Shown here in pieces: positions 26,213-35,411 of a stretch of 64,000 nt of DNA. Source of the stretch: a virus (taxonomy: Duplodnaviria > Caudoviricetes); the IMG/VR virus record IMGVR_UViG_3300032328_000581, positions 1 through 64,000 of that record; one strand, 5' to 3'. Numbering within the stretch: position 1 is the first letter of the stretch; each line of letters begins with the position of its first letter. A program made the translations under genes and the position numbers. The notes below the pieces were generated by a model. The model worked only from the letters and a program-made list of their open reading frames with translations, was not told the origin of the DNA and made no database searches.

Positions 26213-26223
26213 CATACACTAAA

Positions 26224-26529
26224 TTAGTAGGACGTGCTCATTCCCTGACCAAAGCTGTCGGTGCTGCGCTTGATGGCTGGACTCATAACTCGTCCGTTAG
26301 CCTGAGTGCTAGCAGCCTCTGGAGAGGTCTGTGGCATGTACTTAACTGTGATTCTATGAGCTGCGCCATCGTGATCTGGAGCTATTGTTCCGCGCTTACC
26401 CATAGGTTGTGCATAAGGGTCCGCAGCTTGTGCACCCTTTTTCTTCATAAGAGTTCCTGCTTTAGGTGATGCGGAAGGAGAAGTAAACTTCGCACCTTCT
26501 TTACCTATCGTCTTACGTTCTTTGGCCAT
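26224..26529 (-). CDS. Basic low-complexity hypothetical protein
   Basis: 101 aa; RBS AAGGAAG. Confidence 0.7.
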   Translation of the reverse strand: MAKERKTIGKEGAKFTSPSASPKAGTLMKKKGAQAADPYAQPMGKRGTIAPDHDGAAHRITVKYMPQTSPEAASTQANGRVMSPAIKRSTDSFGQGMSTSY

Positions 26530-26565
26530 TTTTACTTCCTTAAATTAGAGTTGAGATCTCAAGAC

Positions 26566-26838
26566 TTAGTTTACGCTAATTGTGAAAACAATGGCGCTAA
26601 TCTGACCATCTCTTGAGTCAACTGTGGTGAATCCAGGTCGGCATGTTAGATCTAATCCTCGAGGCGCAACGTAGCCTCGGGCAATAGCAATAGCTTTTAC
26701 AGCTTGATTTACAGCTGAAGCGCCTACAGCTCTAAGCTTAACTTGAGGAGATTCATATAGGGCGTGGGCAATTGCCGACCCTACGGATTGGGCGTTAGAT
26801 CCAGCCCCAACACGTAAAAAACTTTCTTCTTCTGACAC
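26566..26838 (-). CDS. spoVS: SpoVS-family (Alba-like fold) protein
   Basis: LRV...SVGSAIA...AVGASAVNQAVKAIAIARGYVAPRGLDL...PGF closely matches the SpoVS consensus. Confidence 0.9.
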   Translation of the reverse strand: MSEEESFLRVGAGSNAQSVGSAIAHALYESPQVKLRAVGASAVNQAVKAIAIARGYVAPRGLDLTCRPGFTTVDSRDGQISAIVFTISVN

Positions 26839-26886
26839 GGGTAGTATTCCTTTGGGTTCGATTTGTGGTGCCCTCAGGAATAAGTA

Positions 26887-27486
26887 TCAAGGTTTTTCTC
26901 TAAATTTAGGGTCTAAAAGCTTTTTAATTATCTCTTTCTCATAGGCCACATCAGCCTTTCCAGAGGCTATTCTGGCCAACCCATAAGAATCGGCGGCATT
27001 ATCGTCGTTAAACTCTAGACCCCATTTCTTGTAAACGTGTAGCAAAATTTGATTTTTTTGAACTCCGGTGCCTTTTCCCGTTATGTACTTCTTAAGCATA
27101 GCTGGAGCTACGATTAAGGGGTGTTTAGCTTCTGAGGCGTAACACCAGTGGCGTAGCTCTATCTTTACTAAACCACCTAATTCCCCCGCCATATGGGCCA
27201 TAGTGCTGTTATAGGCATAGCCCTCCATTGCGGCATCTACTATGTTAATTGTAGGTTCAAAAACCTCACCTGCCATAAAATAATAAATGTCAATTAATCT
27301 TTCTACGCCCAAACCCACTGATTTGTAAACAAAGGTCTTGTACTCTCCGGCGTCATTTAATACGGTTATAGCGAATCCACTATAAGACTGGTCAATCCCA
27401 AGGTATTTTTTAGACTCGTCTCTTAAATCTAAGCCACCGTCAATGGTCTTTAATTTTCCTCTATGCCCACCAGAACCTAATTTCAT
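26887..27486 (-). CDS. ruvC: RuvC-like Holliday junction resolvase
   Basis: LGIDQS, AMEGYA, LKKYITGKG and DNAADS. Confidence 0.85.
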   Translation of the reverse strand: MKLGSGGHRGKLKTIDGGLDLRDESKKYLGIDQSYSGFAITVLNDAGEYKTFVYKSVGLGVERLIDIYYFMAGEVFEPTINIVDAAMEGYAYNSTMAHMAGELGGLVKIELRHWCYASEAKHPLIVAPAMLKKYITGKGTGVQKNQILLHVYKKWGLEFNDDNAADSYGLARIASGKADVAYEKEIIKKLLDPKFREKP

Positions 27487-27965
27487 GTGGTGAATTTGCG
27501 TGATCTACTGCGGAAACTGCCGCCGTCAGATGTACGGCGAGTTAACTCTCTAGACACTAACTGAGAGTCGCGCTCTACGTTTTCTGCACGCATTTCTAAT
27601 AGTTTACGGAAAGCGTATTGAACGTCTAATTCGTGTTTAGCTTTCTCAACAATTGGGTTTGTTGTAATAGCCGCTTTAACTACCGCTACTCGATCGCCTT
27701 TGCCGCCTTGCCAATTGTCTAACATACATTGGGCTTCTATAGAATCTAGGCCTCGCTCTGCCTCGCGCTCATTAATGATTGCAATAGCTCTTGCTCCAGA
27801 AAGATGATCGTTCCATTGAGTAAACTGAACAAATAGCTCCATAAGAGCTTCGTCGTCTAGTTCTGTAATGTCTAATGGTAGAGAAGGAATTTCATATACT
27901 GGCTTAGGAGAAAGCGTAAAACCCAACTCACCTAAAGACTTTAAAACATTATTGCTTATACTCAT
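27483..27965 (-). CDS. Helical hypothetical protein (possibly a UvsY-like mediator)
   Basis: Coiled coil ending in VSRELTRR; recombination context. Confidence 0.55.
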   Translation of the reverse strand: MSISNNVLKSLGELGFTLSPKPVYEIPSLPLDITELDDEALMELFVQFTQWNDHLSGARAIAIINEREAERGLDSIEAQCMLDNWQGGKGDRVAVVKAAITTNPIVEKAKHELDVQYAFRKLLEMRAENVERDSQLVSRELTRRTSDGGSFRSRSRKFTT

Positions 27966-28819
27966 TGTTCGCTCCTAAATGGTTTACAGCGAGCGCAGCC
28001 TATCACAGAATCTATATTGCACTGTGGCGGGCGGTTATTCTCTAAAGCCCAAACAACATCTAGCGCAGACTCAAAGAACCTAGCTGAGTGTTCTGGGTTA
28101 TATGACACAGAGAATTCCTTATAATCTTGATTTGCCTTTAACTCATAGATGTAGACAATCTCAGATGGGGCGGACTCTAGCAAACCGTCTTCAACCATAA
28201 CGTGTGCAAGGTGCAAGTAAACCTGGCCCTGAAGTATGTGGCTAGGAAATGGTTGGCGGATATTACGCCAAGCTGACTCCACATCTTGTGCCCCATTAAA
28301 TAAACCCGGAGCTTCCATACGTATTGTTCCTGAGCCTATAGTTTTGATTTCAATTAAGAAATCTTCGCCCATTGTCTTAACCCAACCATCTGAGTGGCCG
28401 GAAATTCTATGTCTTTTACTAACTAAGGGGACTTCTTTATATTCAACGCTCTTATGTACTTCTGAAGAAAGTGCCCAAGATCTTCCGGTGCTATCTTCCC
28501 AAGCGCCATAAAGCACGCCCATGTCTCGAAGATAGCCTTGCCACTTAGCGTGGGCTCCGTGTCCTGCGTCAAATATAGATTGAAGACGTAGGGTGGGGCG
28601 CTCCCGTGTTTCTACATAATTACCGTTCAATGCGTGATAGGAAGCGAGAGCACACCACTCTGGCTTAATGATATCAGAAGGATGCAGCACAGTTTGATCT
28701 CTATTATCAAAATCTCTTGATAGAATGTGCCGCTCAATAGCGCCCATCAATCTAGTATCTCTTTTTTTGGTATCAAGATAGTTCTTTAGTTTTATACTAG
28801 AAACGACGCTATTTTCCAT
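27962..28819 (-). CDS. Cas4-like / PD-(D/E)xK exonuclease
   Basis: HPS...C, GHSDG, IEIKT, QGQVY and C-terminal C...CARC. Confidence 0.82.
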   Translation of the reverse strand: MENSVVSSIKLKNYLDTKKRDTRLMGAIERHILSRDFDNRDQTVLHPSDIIKPEWCALASYHALNGNYVETRERPTLRLQSIFDAGHGAHAKWQGYLRDMGVLYGAWEDSTGRSWALSSEVHKSVEYKEVPLVSKRHRISGHSDGWVKTMGEDFLIEIKTIGSGTIRMEAPGLFNGAQDVESAWRNIRQPFPSHILQGQVYLHLAHVMVEDGLLESAPSEIVYIYELKANQDYKEFSVSYNPEHSARFFESALDVVWALENNRPPQCNIDSVIGCARCKPFRSEQ

Positions 28820-28820
28820 T

Positions 28821-29135
28821 TTATTTTTCCTTCTCCTCTAGCCATTTTTCCAAGGTATATCCCATTTTAGTGTACTTACGCTTAAGCGCATTTCGTTCTC
28901 TGTGACTCATTCCGCCAAAGATACCATGAAGCTCATCGTTCTTAATAGCCTCTTTGAGGCACTGTTTTCTTACAGGGCAGGGGGGTCTGCCATCTCTACC
29001 GTAACAAATTGCTTTAGCTGAATCAGCTATGGGTTTGTATAACTTCTTATCCCTTGGGGGAAAAAAGATCTCAGTGTCTTCTCCTCGACACTTTGCTTCA
29101 TATCTCCAAGCCCAAGACGGGTTGTTTTCTGACAA
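28821..29135 (-). CDS. whiB: WhiB-family transcription factor
   Basis: WRYEAKC...IFFP...C...CPVRKQC...GIFGGMSHRER. Confidence 0.9.
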   Translation of the reverse strand: MSENNPSWAWRYEAKCRGEDTEIFFPPRDKKLYKPIADSAKAICYGRDGRPPCPVRKQCLKEAIKNDELHGIFGGMSHRERNALKRKYTKMGYTLEKWLEEKEK

Positions 29136-29459
29136 CTATTCACCTCTAACATAATTACGTAGCTCAAAAAAATCCTCCTCTCCCAGAAGAACGTAATTTT
29201 CACCGTCGAGATGAATGCCTAATACCGGAGTACGGCTGTCTAAAATTGCTTCTTTTGTTATTTTCTTTAAAACTTCTGACTTAATTGTTACTGTTTTTTT
29301 ACCTGTCCACTTATGCTCTATTAAAAGATCATCGGTTCGGACGTCTCCTTTGCGAGACCAAAACGCGCCGGAACCGGCACTTCTTTGTCCACCAAGAATT
29401 TTTTCTAAACGCTTTTCATGCTTAAGAGATTGTTTCTGGCCTTCACTCTTCATCGTCAA
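29136..29459 (-). CDS. Hjc-type PD-(D/E)xK resolvase/nuclease
   Basis: HE, GSGA, KGDV and IEHK. Confidence 0.75.
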   Translation of the reverse strand: MTMKSEGQKQSLKHEKRLEKILGGQRSAGSGAFWSRKGDVRTDDLLIEHKWTGKKTVTIKSEVLKKITKEAILDSRTPVLGIHLDGENYVLLGEEDFFELRNYVRGE

Positions 29460-30510
29460 GTATTTCTACTTGAAGTGGTGCTCCATGTTTCAAGGTATCT
29501 ATTACGGCGTGGGATAGCTCTTCCTTTAAGTCAACCTCTTCACGGATTGAGTTAATTAGGTTTACCGCTCCTTGCCATTTACGATCCTTATAATACAGCC
29601 ATCCGCCGCGTCTTTCAACTACCCCATTCAGGATAGACATAGCCACGATCTCCTTGCCAAAGTCATAGTCTCCGGCGTCAATAGCCCCACCATCGGCAAA
29701 GTAAAAGTCCATATAGGCCGTTTGTTGTGGGGGATAAGTCTTATTTTTAATGGTTCTGACTCGTATAGTCTGTCCTACACGGCGCTTGCTTTCTCCAGTA
29801 CCTGTCTCTAGCCAGTCATCTCGCTTAACCTCGCACCGGACGCTGTAGGCGTAGTCTTTACCTAGGCCGCCTGGGGTAGTTCGAGGATCCCCGTGCATAA
29901 CCCCAATCTTCATCCGGTACTGGTTAATCATTACTCCGAGTACTGGTCTTTCGTCTTCAACGAGGTCTCGCTTGGTAGCTGACGCCACTTTTCTAAAGAA
30001 CTTATTGGTAATAAGTGCGCCACGACCCACAGTAAATTCATCCATGTTCTTTTCATCTTCTGCGCCAGGGACAAGGGCAGGAAGAGAATCGATAACGACC
30101 ATGTCCACAGACTTACTTTCCATAAATTGAATAACCGATTCAAAAGCTTCCTCCATACTATTAGTTTCAACAAGTAATACTCTATCTACATCTACGCCAC
30201 ACATTTTTGCGTAGCCCGGATCAAACTGTTCGGCAGCAATCCACACAACTGTAAAGTCAGGGTTAAGTTTTTGATTGGCACCAATTGTTTTAAGTGCTAT
30301 GGCGGTCTTGCCGTGAGATGCCTCCCCAACAATTTCAACCCAATGATTCATAGGCCAACCCCCACCTAAAACAGTGTCAAAGGTAAGAGATCCCGTAGTG
30401 ATACGTTTAGCAATATTTATTTGGCTTGCAAAAACAACGGTATTTGCTCCGCTCTTCTTGTTAATTTGAGCCATTACTTTTAGTGCTTCAGAGTTTATTG
30501 TTGAGGCCAT
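29443..30510 (-). CDS. recA: RecA/UvsX recombinase
   Basis: ITTGSL, GEASHGKT, VIDSL, INQYR and TTPGG. Confidence 0.93.
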   Translation of the reverse strand: MASTINSEALKVMAQINKKSGANTVVFASQINIAKRITTGSLTFDTVLGGGWPMNHWVEIVGEASHGKTAIALKTIGANQKLNPDFTVVWIAAEQFDPGYAKMCGVDVDRVLLVETNSMEEAFESVIQFMESKSVDMVVIDSLPALVPGAEDEKNMDEFTVGRGALITNKFFRKVASATKRDLVEDERPVLGVMINQYRMKIGVMHGDPRTTPGGLGKDYAYSVRCEVKRDDWLETGTGESKRRVGQTIRVRTIKNKTYPPQQTAYMDFYFADGGAIDAGDYDFGKEIVAMSILNGVVERRGGWLYYKDRKWQGAVNLINSIREEVDLKEELSHAVIDTLKHGAPLQVEILDDEE

Positions 30511-30896
30511 TACTCTAACCTTCCTACGATTGTTGTTGGATTAAATCCGCCAGATTGCCCTACTTGCTTTGCTGCAATAGGTGCGCCACCGTTACCGGTA
30601 CCGCCTACTCCAGTTCCAGCTTGAACTATTGGGTAACCGCAATCATAGCAGCGTTTTCTTTGAGTGCCTAATGGGGCAAAGTAATTACCAGAGTAACAAC
30701 CCGGACAGTTTTCCGGATTTTGTGCGCTCTGAGCTTTAACTACTACTTGATCAGTTTTTTGATCATAAGCAACTGGGACGTTAGGGGTCTGCTGTGCTTG
30801 ACGGTAGGGAAGCATAGGGTTAGGAGAAGTTTGAGGTGCAGGAGAAGGGGGTTTTTGTGAACCCAACTTTCTTGCGTACCAATCAGCATTACTCAT
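30510..30896 (-). CDS. Zinc-ribbon hypothetical protein
   Basis: CPGC and CYDCGYP. Confidence 0.7.
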   Translation of the reverse strand: MSNADWYARKLGSQKPPSPAPQTSPNPMLPYRQAQQTPNVPVAYDQKTDQVVVKAQSAQNPENCPGCYSGNYFAPLGTQRKRCYDCGYPIVQAGTGVGGTGNGGAPIAAKQVGQSGGFNPTTIVGRLE

Positions 30897-31314
30897 CTTT
30901 TACTCCTGTTTCTAGTAGATCTAAATTAATAAGGGTAGATATTACGGATATAGAGGAGGATAAAGAAACAATCTTAAACAACTCTATAATGTGAATTAAG
31001 TCTTCTTCAATTAATGGTTTACTCTCAGGGTGCTCGCCTAGCATTTCTAACTCATACGCTGCTGCGGCAATTCGAGCAGCAATATCAGAGTGCGCCTCTA
31101 TTAAAGGCAATAGGTTTGAGAATCGCTCTAAACGTTTTTGGCTTGCTTGCTCTTCCATATCGGCTACTTCATCCGATATTGGCGGCAATCCCATAGAACG
31201 TCCTAGTGCGGCAACGTCATCAAATATGGAGTCAAAAATTGCTTCACGAATTAAAGTAGGCATAGATATATTAAGAACCTTTGTTACTTTTTTCTTCTTT
31301 TTAAACAACCCCAT
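30889..31314 (-). CDS. Hypothetical protein
   Basis: Start reassigned to MGLFKKK, coupled to the polymerase stop. Confidence 0.7.
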   Translation of the reverse strand: MGLFKKKKKVTKVLNISMPTLIREAIFDSIFDDVAALGRSMGLPPISDEVADMEEQASQKRLERFSNLLPLIEAHSDIAARIAAAAYELEMLGEHPESKPLIEEDLIHIIELFKIVSLSSSISVISTLINLDLLETGVKDE

Positions 31315-33293
31315 TATTTTGCCTCTCCCCATCTGGAGACAAGTGTAACATCTGCAATCAAAGGTACGGACAGCACATTTATGCCCTCCATAGCCTCAAT
31401 TACAGCGGCCATAGTTACTTCCGCCAAGTGATCGGGGCTAACTACAACTAACTCGTCATGAACAGTTAGGATTAAGCTTGACTCTTTTGGGATCAAAGCC
31501 TGGGCTCTAACCATAGCAACCTTTATTAAATCTGCTGCAGATCCCTGGATCATAGTATTAAAAGCTTGGCGTTCAGCTCTAGCCCTAGCCCACTGATCTT
31601 TAGCTCTAAGCTCGGGAAGATAACGTCTGCGCTTCAATAGCGTGCTTACATAAGGTATAGGAGTTTGACGACGCGACTCTGATACCACGTGCCTCTTATA
31701 CCTAGCAACTGCAGGAAACTTCTTAATAAACATATCAAGGAGATTCTTTGCTTCGTTTAGGGTACAGCCAATTTCTTTAGCAATCTTATCTGGACCTACA
31801 CCATAAGCAAGAGACAGAACCAGAACTTTTCCGGCTTTTCTATCAACACCCATAGTATTTCCAATAGTTGTGTAAATATCCTCTCCGTTTTTATACGCAT
31901 CCACCATAACCCGGTCACCACTAAAACTAGCAATAATTCTAGGTTCAATCTGAGAGTAGTCTGCAACTATAAGCTTGTGGCCTTTCGGTGCAATAAAGAG
32001 ATTTCTAATGGCTTTACCGTTTTTAGTGTGAGGTGCGGGAACATTCTGTAGATTTGGGTTTCTACTAGAAAAGCGCCCTGTTTCTGCGCCGTACTGGACA
32101 AAGTCGGTATGAATTCTATCGCGATACATAATGCTCTCTTTAACAACCGTTTTTGACTTGCCCGCCAGAGTACGAGTGATATCCCCACCTAGGTACGGGA
32201 TTACGTATGTGGTCATAAGCTTATTTAAGTCAGAGTAAATAAGTAATTGATCTACGAGGGAGTCTCGACCACGAAACGCGTCTAGAGCAGGCTCAGAAAC
32301 AGAGTAATCTCTAAAACTTGATACGTAGTTAGGGTCAGAGGCACGCTTTTCTCCTGCTGGGGTCATAAGCTTTGGCTTAAGTCCTCTGCCCCCATCTTTT
32401 CTAGGAGTAAATAATATTTCTTGTTTTTCTGGTACAGAGTTTAAATTAAATGGGCGTTTAGCTAAAGCAAAGATCTTTCCTCGAGTGTCTTCAATTTGAC
32501 CTTCTAGATCATCTTTTAATTGCGCCAGCTGATCAACATCTATATCCGCACCACGTAGCTCCATATTGCAAATAACATTTAACACGTCCATTTCAAGGTT
32601 AAATATTGGCCCTAAGCCATCTAACGCAAGCTTTTCCTCATAGGACTTATACAGTTTCCAAGTCCACTCGGCATCCAGTGCGGCGTAAGTAGCGACCTCA
32701 TCAAAGGAGTAGGCCTCAATTTCTTTTCCTACACCTTTAACCATCTCGTACCCAAACTCACGCTTTAAGCAATCATCAAGGCCTAGAGAGATTCTATTTC
32801 GATTGTCTAAAATAAAGGCCGCATTGAGAGTGCAGAAATATGGTCCAGCTGGTAAGGATTTGTTGTACTTAGTTACGCTTTGTAAGTCAAACTTTAAGTT
32901 ATGCCCAACCTTTACCTTAGAACTGTTAAGTAAAGGCTTAAGAGCCGAGAATACCTCGGCTGGAGTCAACTGCTCAGGTGGGGCTGTAAAAACTTTTGTA
33001 GCCTTCTTTTCATCCTTACTATAATCTTGAGGACGAATTTCCATGCCGTTTTCTTTTCTAAGAACAGCAGAAGGTAGTAAAGGAAAATCAGTGCGTAAAA
33101 AATTGCCATTTGGGTGACCCATAGGTACGACATCTACCCGGTCATCTGTTGCTAAAGCTATCCACACAACGCGGTTCTGTCGTGGATCTCCTCGATGATC
33201 CCCCATAGTTTCTACGTCAAAAGCAAACGCAGGCTTGTCACTATAGTGATCAACAAGTTCTTGTAATTTATCCTTCGTAGTTATTATATTCAT
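31314..33293 (-). CDS. polA: Family A DNA polymerase (3'-5' exonuclease plus polymerase)
   Basis: FDVET, GHNLKFD, YAALDA, TGRFSS-PNLQN, ADYSQIEPR, YG and TVHDEL; start at MNIIT after RBS AAGGAGG. Confidence 0.95.
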   Translation of the reverse strand: MNIITTKDKLQELVDHYSDKPAFAFDVETMGDHRGDPRQNRVVWIALATDDRVDVVPMGHPNGNFLRTDFPLLPSAVLRKENGMEIRPQDYSKDEKKATKVFTAPPEQLTPAEVFSALKPLLNSSKVKVGHNLKFDLQSVTKYNKSLPAGPYFCTLNAAFILDNRNRISLGLDDCLKREFGYEMVKGVGKEIEAYSFDEVATYAALDAEWTWKLYKSYEEKLALDGLGPIFNLEMDVLNVICNMELRGADIDVDQLAQLKDDLEGQIEDTRGKIFALAKRPFNLNSVPEKQEILFTPRKDGGRGLKPKLMTPAGEKRASDPNYVSSFRDYSVSEPALDAFRGRDSLVDQLLIYSDLNKLMTTYVIPYLGGDITRTLAGKSKTVVKESIMYRDRIHTDFVQYGAETGRFSSRNPNLQNVPAPHTKNGKAIRNLFIAPKGHKLIVADYSQIEPRIIASFSGDRVMVDAYKNGEDIYTTIGNTMGVDRKAGKVLVLSLAYGVGPDKIAKEIGCTLNEAKNLLDMFIKKFPAVARYKRHVVSESRRQTPIPYVSTLLKRRRYLPELRAKDQWARARAERQAFNTMIQGSAADLIKVAMVRAQALIPKESSLILTVHDELVVVSPDHLAEVTMAAVIEAMEGINVLSVPLIADVTLVSRWGEAK

Positions 33294-33311
33294 ATCTACC
33301 TCCTTAGTGTA

Positions 33312-33364
33312 GAGGCTGGGAAGTTCCGCCAAGAAGGAGGCGAAAACAGCGGAACTCCCCAACC
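33312..33364 (-). terminator. Strong intergenic hairpin between ssb and polA
   Basis: GGTTGGGGAGTTCCGC/GCGGAACTTCCCAGCC stem on the - strand. Confidence 0.55.
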
Positions 33365-33377
33365 ATAGAATCGAGAG

Positions 33378-34106
33378 TTACTGGCCAGCCAGAAGTTCTC
33401 TCGCAATTTCCTCAAGTTCAGCGTTGGTTGAAACGCGAAGTGCGTCCGGACCAAGAGGCTTCATCTTAGAGATTACACTAGAAAGTTGAACTGGATCTAG
33501 ATCCCAGTCCTCTGCCAAATCGCGTTCCTTGACTGGCATTATTGAATATGAAGTTTTTGTTCCAATGCCGGACTTGCTAACCGCCCAATAAATATCAGCG
33601 CGATCAATAGGACCAACTTTTTTGTCTGCATTTAACTTTTCAAGCTGCCCACACAAACGTACTCCAACTGTCATAAGTTGAATCTGTGGGACCTCATCAG
33701 AAAGGTTAACTACGCTGAATGCAAATTTGCGCTCAGGCTTATTTCCAACACGAGATAGTGGATCGTTATCCCAACCAACAAAAGACTTCTTACCTGGGCG
33801 GTTTACCCAGTGCTGTAAAAAGCTCATTGGTTCTGCTGAAAGAAACTTTACTAATTGCACATCTTCATCAAACCTAAAATCGGTTGTAAATGATTTGCTT
33901 GCTTCAGAAACGGCTCGCTTTGCTGCGGCCCATCCTGTTTGAATTACAGACGAACGATCTGGAAAATCAGATTCGCTGTCTTCAATAAATAGATCCTCTT
34001 CAACTTCAGAGATTACGGGTGATACAGGGTCTGTTCCTAGATAAGAAGAGACATTAGGTGCTTGTGACACGGTGTTTCCTTTCATATTGCCATAGCCAGT
34101 TGCCAT
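33378..34106 (-). CDS. Single-stranded DNA-binding protein (gp32-like)
   Basis: VKFL...QHW..., KSGIGTKTSY and an acidic C-terminal region; upstream of polA. Confidence 0.6.
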   Translation of the reverse strand: MATGYGNMKGNTVSQAPNVSSYLGTDPVSPVISEVEEDLFIEDSESDFPDRSSVIQTGWAAAKRAVSEASKSFTTDFRFDEDVQLVKFLSAEPMSFLQHWVNRPGKKSFVGWDNDPLSRVGNKPERKFAFSVVNLSDEVPQIQLMTVGVRLCGQLEKLNADKKVGPIDRADIYWAVSKSGIGTKTSYSIMPVKERDLAEDWDLDPVQLSSVISKMKPLGPDALRVSTNAELEEIARELLAGQ

Positions 34107-34109
34107 AGG

Positions 34110-34574
34110 TTAGTTGGTTTCGTTTTCATGAATCTTAGTCCAGTTTTCCAATAGTTCTATTGAAAGATCTGGATGTCGATTCCAATCAATCCGCTTAGAG
34201 TCTATAAGGCCCCGGGATTGAAAGCTTTGTATTGTGGACTCAATAATAGCACGACTATACATTCGCCACCCAGGTTTTTTCTTACCGTCTACGACGATAG
34301 ATCTAAGCCTGTATGGAGCCCGAGGAATGTAGCCTTTGCGTTCCCATAGACGTATGGTTACTAGCGGCCTCTTTAATGCCTCACAGAGAGACCCCGCGCT
34401 ATAAAGCTCGATGGTCTTCCCATTTGGAAGCGTCTTTACCTGAGGTTTGCTTTCCCAAGAGTCTTTAGGTTCAACTTTCTTTTTAGCAGGATCGACTGAT
34501 TTACGTTTACGCTTTGATCCGGGGTAATAATCCCCTAACCCATTAAACATAGAATCAATAATATCGTCAGCCAT
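34110..34574 (-). CDS. MerR-like HTH DNA-binding protein
   Basis: YSAGSLCEAL...TIRLWERKGYIP...RMYS; start at MADDII. Confidence 0.75.
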   Translation of the reverse strand: MADDIIDSMFNGLGDYYPGSKRKRKSVDPAKKKVEPKDSWESKPQVKTLPNGKTIELYSAGSLCEALKRPLVTIRLWERKGYIPRAPYRLRSIVVDGKKKPGWRMYSRAIIESTIQSFQSRGLIDSKRIDWNRHPDLSIELLENWTKIHENETN

Positions 34575-34576
34575 TT

Positions 34577-34744
34577 TTAAATATTTTTCCTTAAACGACG
34601 CTTTGACATTGGTAGTTCTATTTGTACAAAGAAAAATAGTAAATCTAAAGAACACTGAATGCTAGAAATAAATATTCCAAGCCCAATGCTTTTCTTGTAA
34701 AACCCGTACTGTACCCATACGTCGCCAATTCTAATTTCTTTCAT
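34577..34744 (-). CDS. Small hydrophobic hypothetical protein (55 aa)
   Basis: Read by hand (MKEIRIGDVWVQYGFY...); fills the gap between neighbours. Confidence 0.5.
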   Translation of the reverse strand: MKEIRIGDVWVQYGFYKKSIGLGIFISSIQCSLDLLFFFVQIELPMSKRRLRKNI

Positions 34745-34746
34745 GA

Positions 34747-35190
34747 TTACTTCTTACTTGGCACAAAGGCCCAGGTTACAGTGCGAGTAAGCATATCATC
34801 CATGTCTTTTTCAGATAATAAGTCTTCATATAGACACGCCATAATTTCGTCTTCATCTACAACTTCAATAGTTTTGATGCAACGATCTGCTAATCCTCGT
34901 GCTTTAAGTAAATGCAGGGCTACTTCAGGGTTAATTTTTTGAGTAGCTCGACGTTGGCGTTGTAGTGAAACATATCCTTCAACCTCTTCTGGAAGTTCTA
35001 ACCAGAAATGGCCCTTGTCATCTTCAAGGCCTTCTTGTTCAACAATATCCATTAATTGAGTTTTAATTACGGATTGTTGTTTTGTTAAATCATCAATACG
35101 CTTTTTAAACCCAATAAACTCGCGTACTTGCGCCATTAATGAATTAGTTTCTACACGTACTGCTCTTGATGGTGGCTCTATTGTTGCCAT
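34747..35190 (-). CDS. Hypothetical coiled-coil protein
   Basis: 147 aa; RBS AAGGAGG. Confidence 0.75.
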   Translation of the reverse strand: MATIEPPSRAVRVETNSLMAQVREFIGFKKRIDDLTKQQSVIKTQLMDIVEQEGLEDDKGHFWLELPEEVEGYVSLQRQRRATQKINPEVALHLLKARGLADRCIKTIEVVDEDEIMACLYEDLLSEKDMDDMLTRTVTWAFVPSKK

Positions 35191-35257
35191 TTGTACCCTC
35201 CTTTAGAGTATGTGGGTACACCCTAACACACGGGTACGACATCTCAAAACTGGGGAT

Positions 35258-35401
35258 TTATTGGCGGACGTAGTCCTTCAAGGCGGAAACAATCACGTCT
35301 GTAACTGTACGGCCCTCTATAGCGGCCTTTTCTTTAACGGCAGACCAAAGCTCAGGGGCTACCCGTATTGTGCGGGTAGGGGTTTTAGGTAGATTAGGCA
35401 C
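35258..35401 (-). CDS. Ribbon-helix-helix DNA-binding protein (47 aa)
   Basis: Read by hand: MPNLPKTPTRTIRVAPELWSAVKEKAAIEGRTVTDVIVSALKDYVRQ; GTG start; RBS AAGGAG. Confidence 0.8.
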   Translation of the reverse strand: MPNLPKTPTRTIRVAPELWSAVKEKAAIEGRTVTDVIVSALKDYVRQ

Positions 35402-35411
35402 GTATGACTCC

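Noticed and set aside
27962-28819. Cas4 as evidence of a CRISPR system
   Set aside because: No repeat-spacer array or other cas genes were seen; solo Cas4-like nucleases are common in phage recombination modules
35210-35392. + strand 60-aa ORF from the track
   Set aside because: It overlaps a much more convincing - strand RHH gene with an RBS
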